Of a stretch of DNA of 64,000 nucleotides, positions 62,731 to 64,000 are shown piece after piece. The DNA comes from Octopus bimaculoides (Eukaryota). Each line of letters begins with the position of its first letter. Positions within the stretch are counted from its first letter, which is position 1. The stretch covers positions 11,342,959 through 11,406,958 of the forward strand of contig NC_068986.1 in the NCBI RefSeq assembly GCF_001194135.2, read 5' to 3'. The notes below the pieces were generated by a model. That model was not told the origin of the DNA and ran no database searches. It saw only the letters and a program-made list of their open reading frames with translations. The position numbers and the translations under genes are program-made.

Positions 62731-63714
62731 TGCCTATGCATGCAGAGAGAGAGAGAGAATAGGTGAGAAAGGATTCAGAAATTTAGGTAGTTACCTCCGA
62801 TAGCATTCTTGCAAGCATTGGCTATCTGAATGTGTATGAAGCAAAAATTTTACTTTCGTACTAACTGAAAACTTTCAAGTTGTGGAGTATAAATAATAAG
62901 TCGTGAATAAAGTTGTTGGAATTACATTTGTTCCACTGCAACATATGGGTGACAAATCAAATATGCATTCTTCATGTGTGTATGTGTTAGTATGCACTGA
63001 CATTGTTTTATTTTTGTTTGGAAAACTAACTGAATAATAGAAACATTTAAACACATCACTAATCTTTTGTGTTATCTGTTCTTCTCATTTGATGTAAGTA
63101 AAAATATAATAAATCCACTCAGAGAATCTGTTTCTGAGTCAAGTATAATAGACAATTTGGCAAAATGTTTTGGTCATTGAGACTCAGTTAATTAATTTTA
63201 ATTATATGACTTGAACAAATAATTGATTAAAGAAAAAAAAGAAAATGAAGCAACTTAACATGTCACTGGTGTAATAATGGTGTGCATAATGGATACTTTG
63301 TAATTTTTGCAAAACATGGCTCTTGGCTAATTCTTGTTGTAGGAGACAATTTTTTAATGTAATTTTATTGGACTGAGTTAAGTATATAACTTAAGTTCAT
63401 GGTTATTTGAATATTAGAGCTAATTATTAGCTGTTATTTACAGCTTTTTAATGTTCCAAATGTTTGTTATCAGCCAAGTATCAATGTCGTGAATTGATAG
63501 TGAAAGTATATTTTGTGGGAGTTTGTAAAATGGTGTGTGTGTGCGTGCGTGCATGCATGCGTGTGGTGAGATTGATTTGGTCGAGAGAGGTATTAATTGT
63601 TGCATATAAGAGAGTTTACTGCAATTCGGAAATTGGGTGAGAATGAATGACACAAAGTGATAAAGAAGAACAAATGTCTCCTTGTTTGGTGATTGATTTA
63701 AGGTAGTTATTATT

Positions 63715-63915
63715 AGTTTGTTGTTTGTGATAATCAATGACATCGCATGGTAGAAGACGACTGGGCATTGTGTGTCCGGCGGTGGCCAATCAGTCCAATG
63801 TATGCTTGGGAGGCTCTGCTGCAGATGGGGCACTGGTGTTGTGTTGGGACTTAAGACAAGGGGTTGGCTCTGGACTTGTGTAGTTTGCATTTTCTTTCTG
63901 CTCTTGCAATTTTGT
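63715..63915 (-). mobile_element. RTE-BovB-like LINE 3' end
   Basis: Minus strand reads RAERKCKLHKSRANP..HQCPICSRASQAYIGLIGHRRTH (C-terminal C2H2-type motif). Confidence 0.75.
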
Positions 63916-63939
63916 TCTGTTTGAGGTAGTTACCGATAT

Positions 63940-64000
63940 AGGTGCAGATGTAGCTGTGAGAGTAAGAAGTTTGCTTCTTAATCATGTGGATTCAGGTTCA
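63940..64000 (+). mobile_element. SINE module A head, cut by the window end
   Basis: GTAGCTGTGAGAGTAAGAAGTTTGC..CATGTGGATTCAGGTTCA. Confidence 0.6.

Noticed and set aside
63735-63880. WD40-like peptide SAADGALVLCWDLRQG on the + strand
   Set aside because: Antisense shadow of an RTE C-terminal zinc-finger ORF on the minus strand.

Overview
AT-rich eukaryotic non-coding DNA (intronic or intergenic) from a gapped draft assembly, with 8 N-runs totalling about 3 kb. The repeat families look, from memory, like those of octopus (OK- and OR-type tRNA SINEs); the species call is an inference. No intact protein-coding gene, rRNA, functional tRNA or CRISPR array is supportable, and every ORF over 200 aa in the track is an N-gap artefact. 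The window is a dense mosaic of transposon debris: several modular tRNA-SINE families, decayed RTE, CR1/L2 and HERO-like LINE fragments, mariner/Tc1 and hAT transposase remnants, a Helitron end, and hAT, piggyBac, Tc1 and unclassified MITEs with readable TIRs and TSDs. My informal SINE module names: A = tRNA head plus CORE-like box; B = tail ending GACTGAAACAAGTAAAAG; C/E = RTE-type tails ending (TGA)n; OK = OK-like SINE; D = tRNA SINE with a TTTCACGAGCAGGCTG tail. The most notable structures are (1) a two-copy element joining a tRNA-like Pol III cassette to a Penelope-type minimal hammerhead ribozyme, (2) a loopless 138-bp palindrome with A-C mismatches, (3) two LINE-SINE tail partnerships using the same SINE head, and (4) a TG...CA non-coding element whose ends abut (TAA)n. 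Coordinates of decayed repeats are approximate and all alignments were done by eye.
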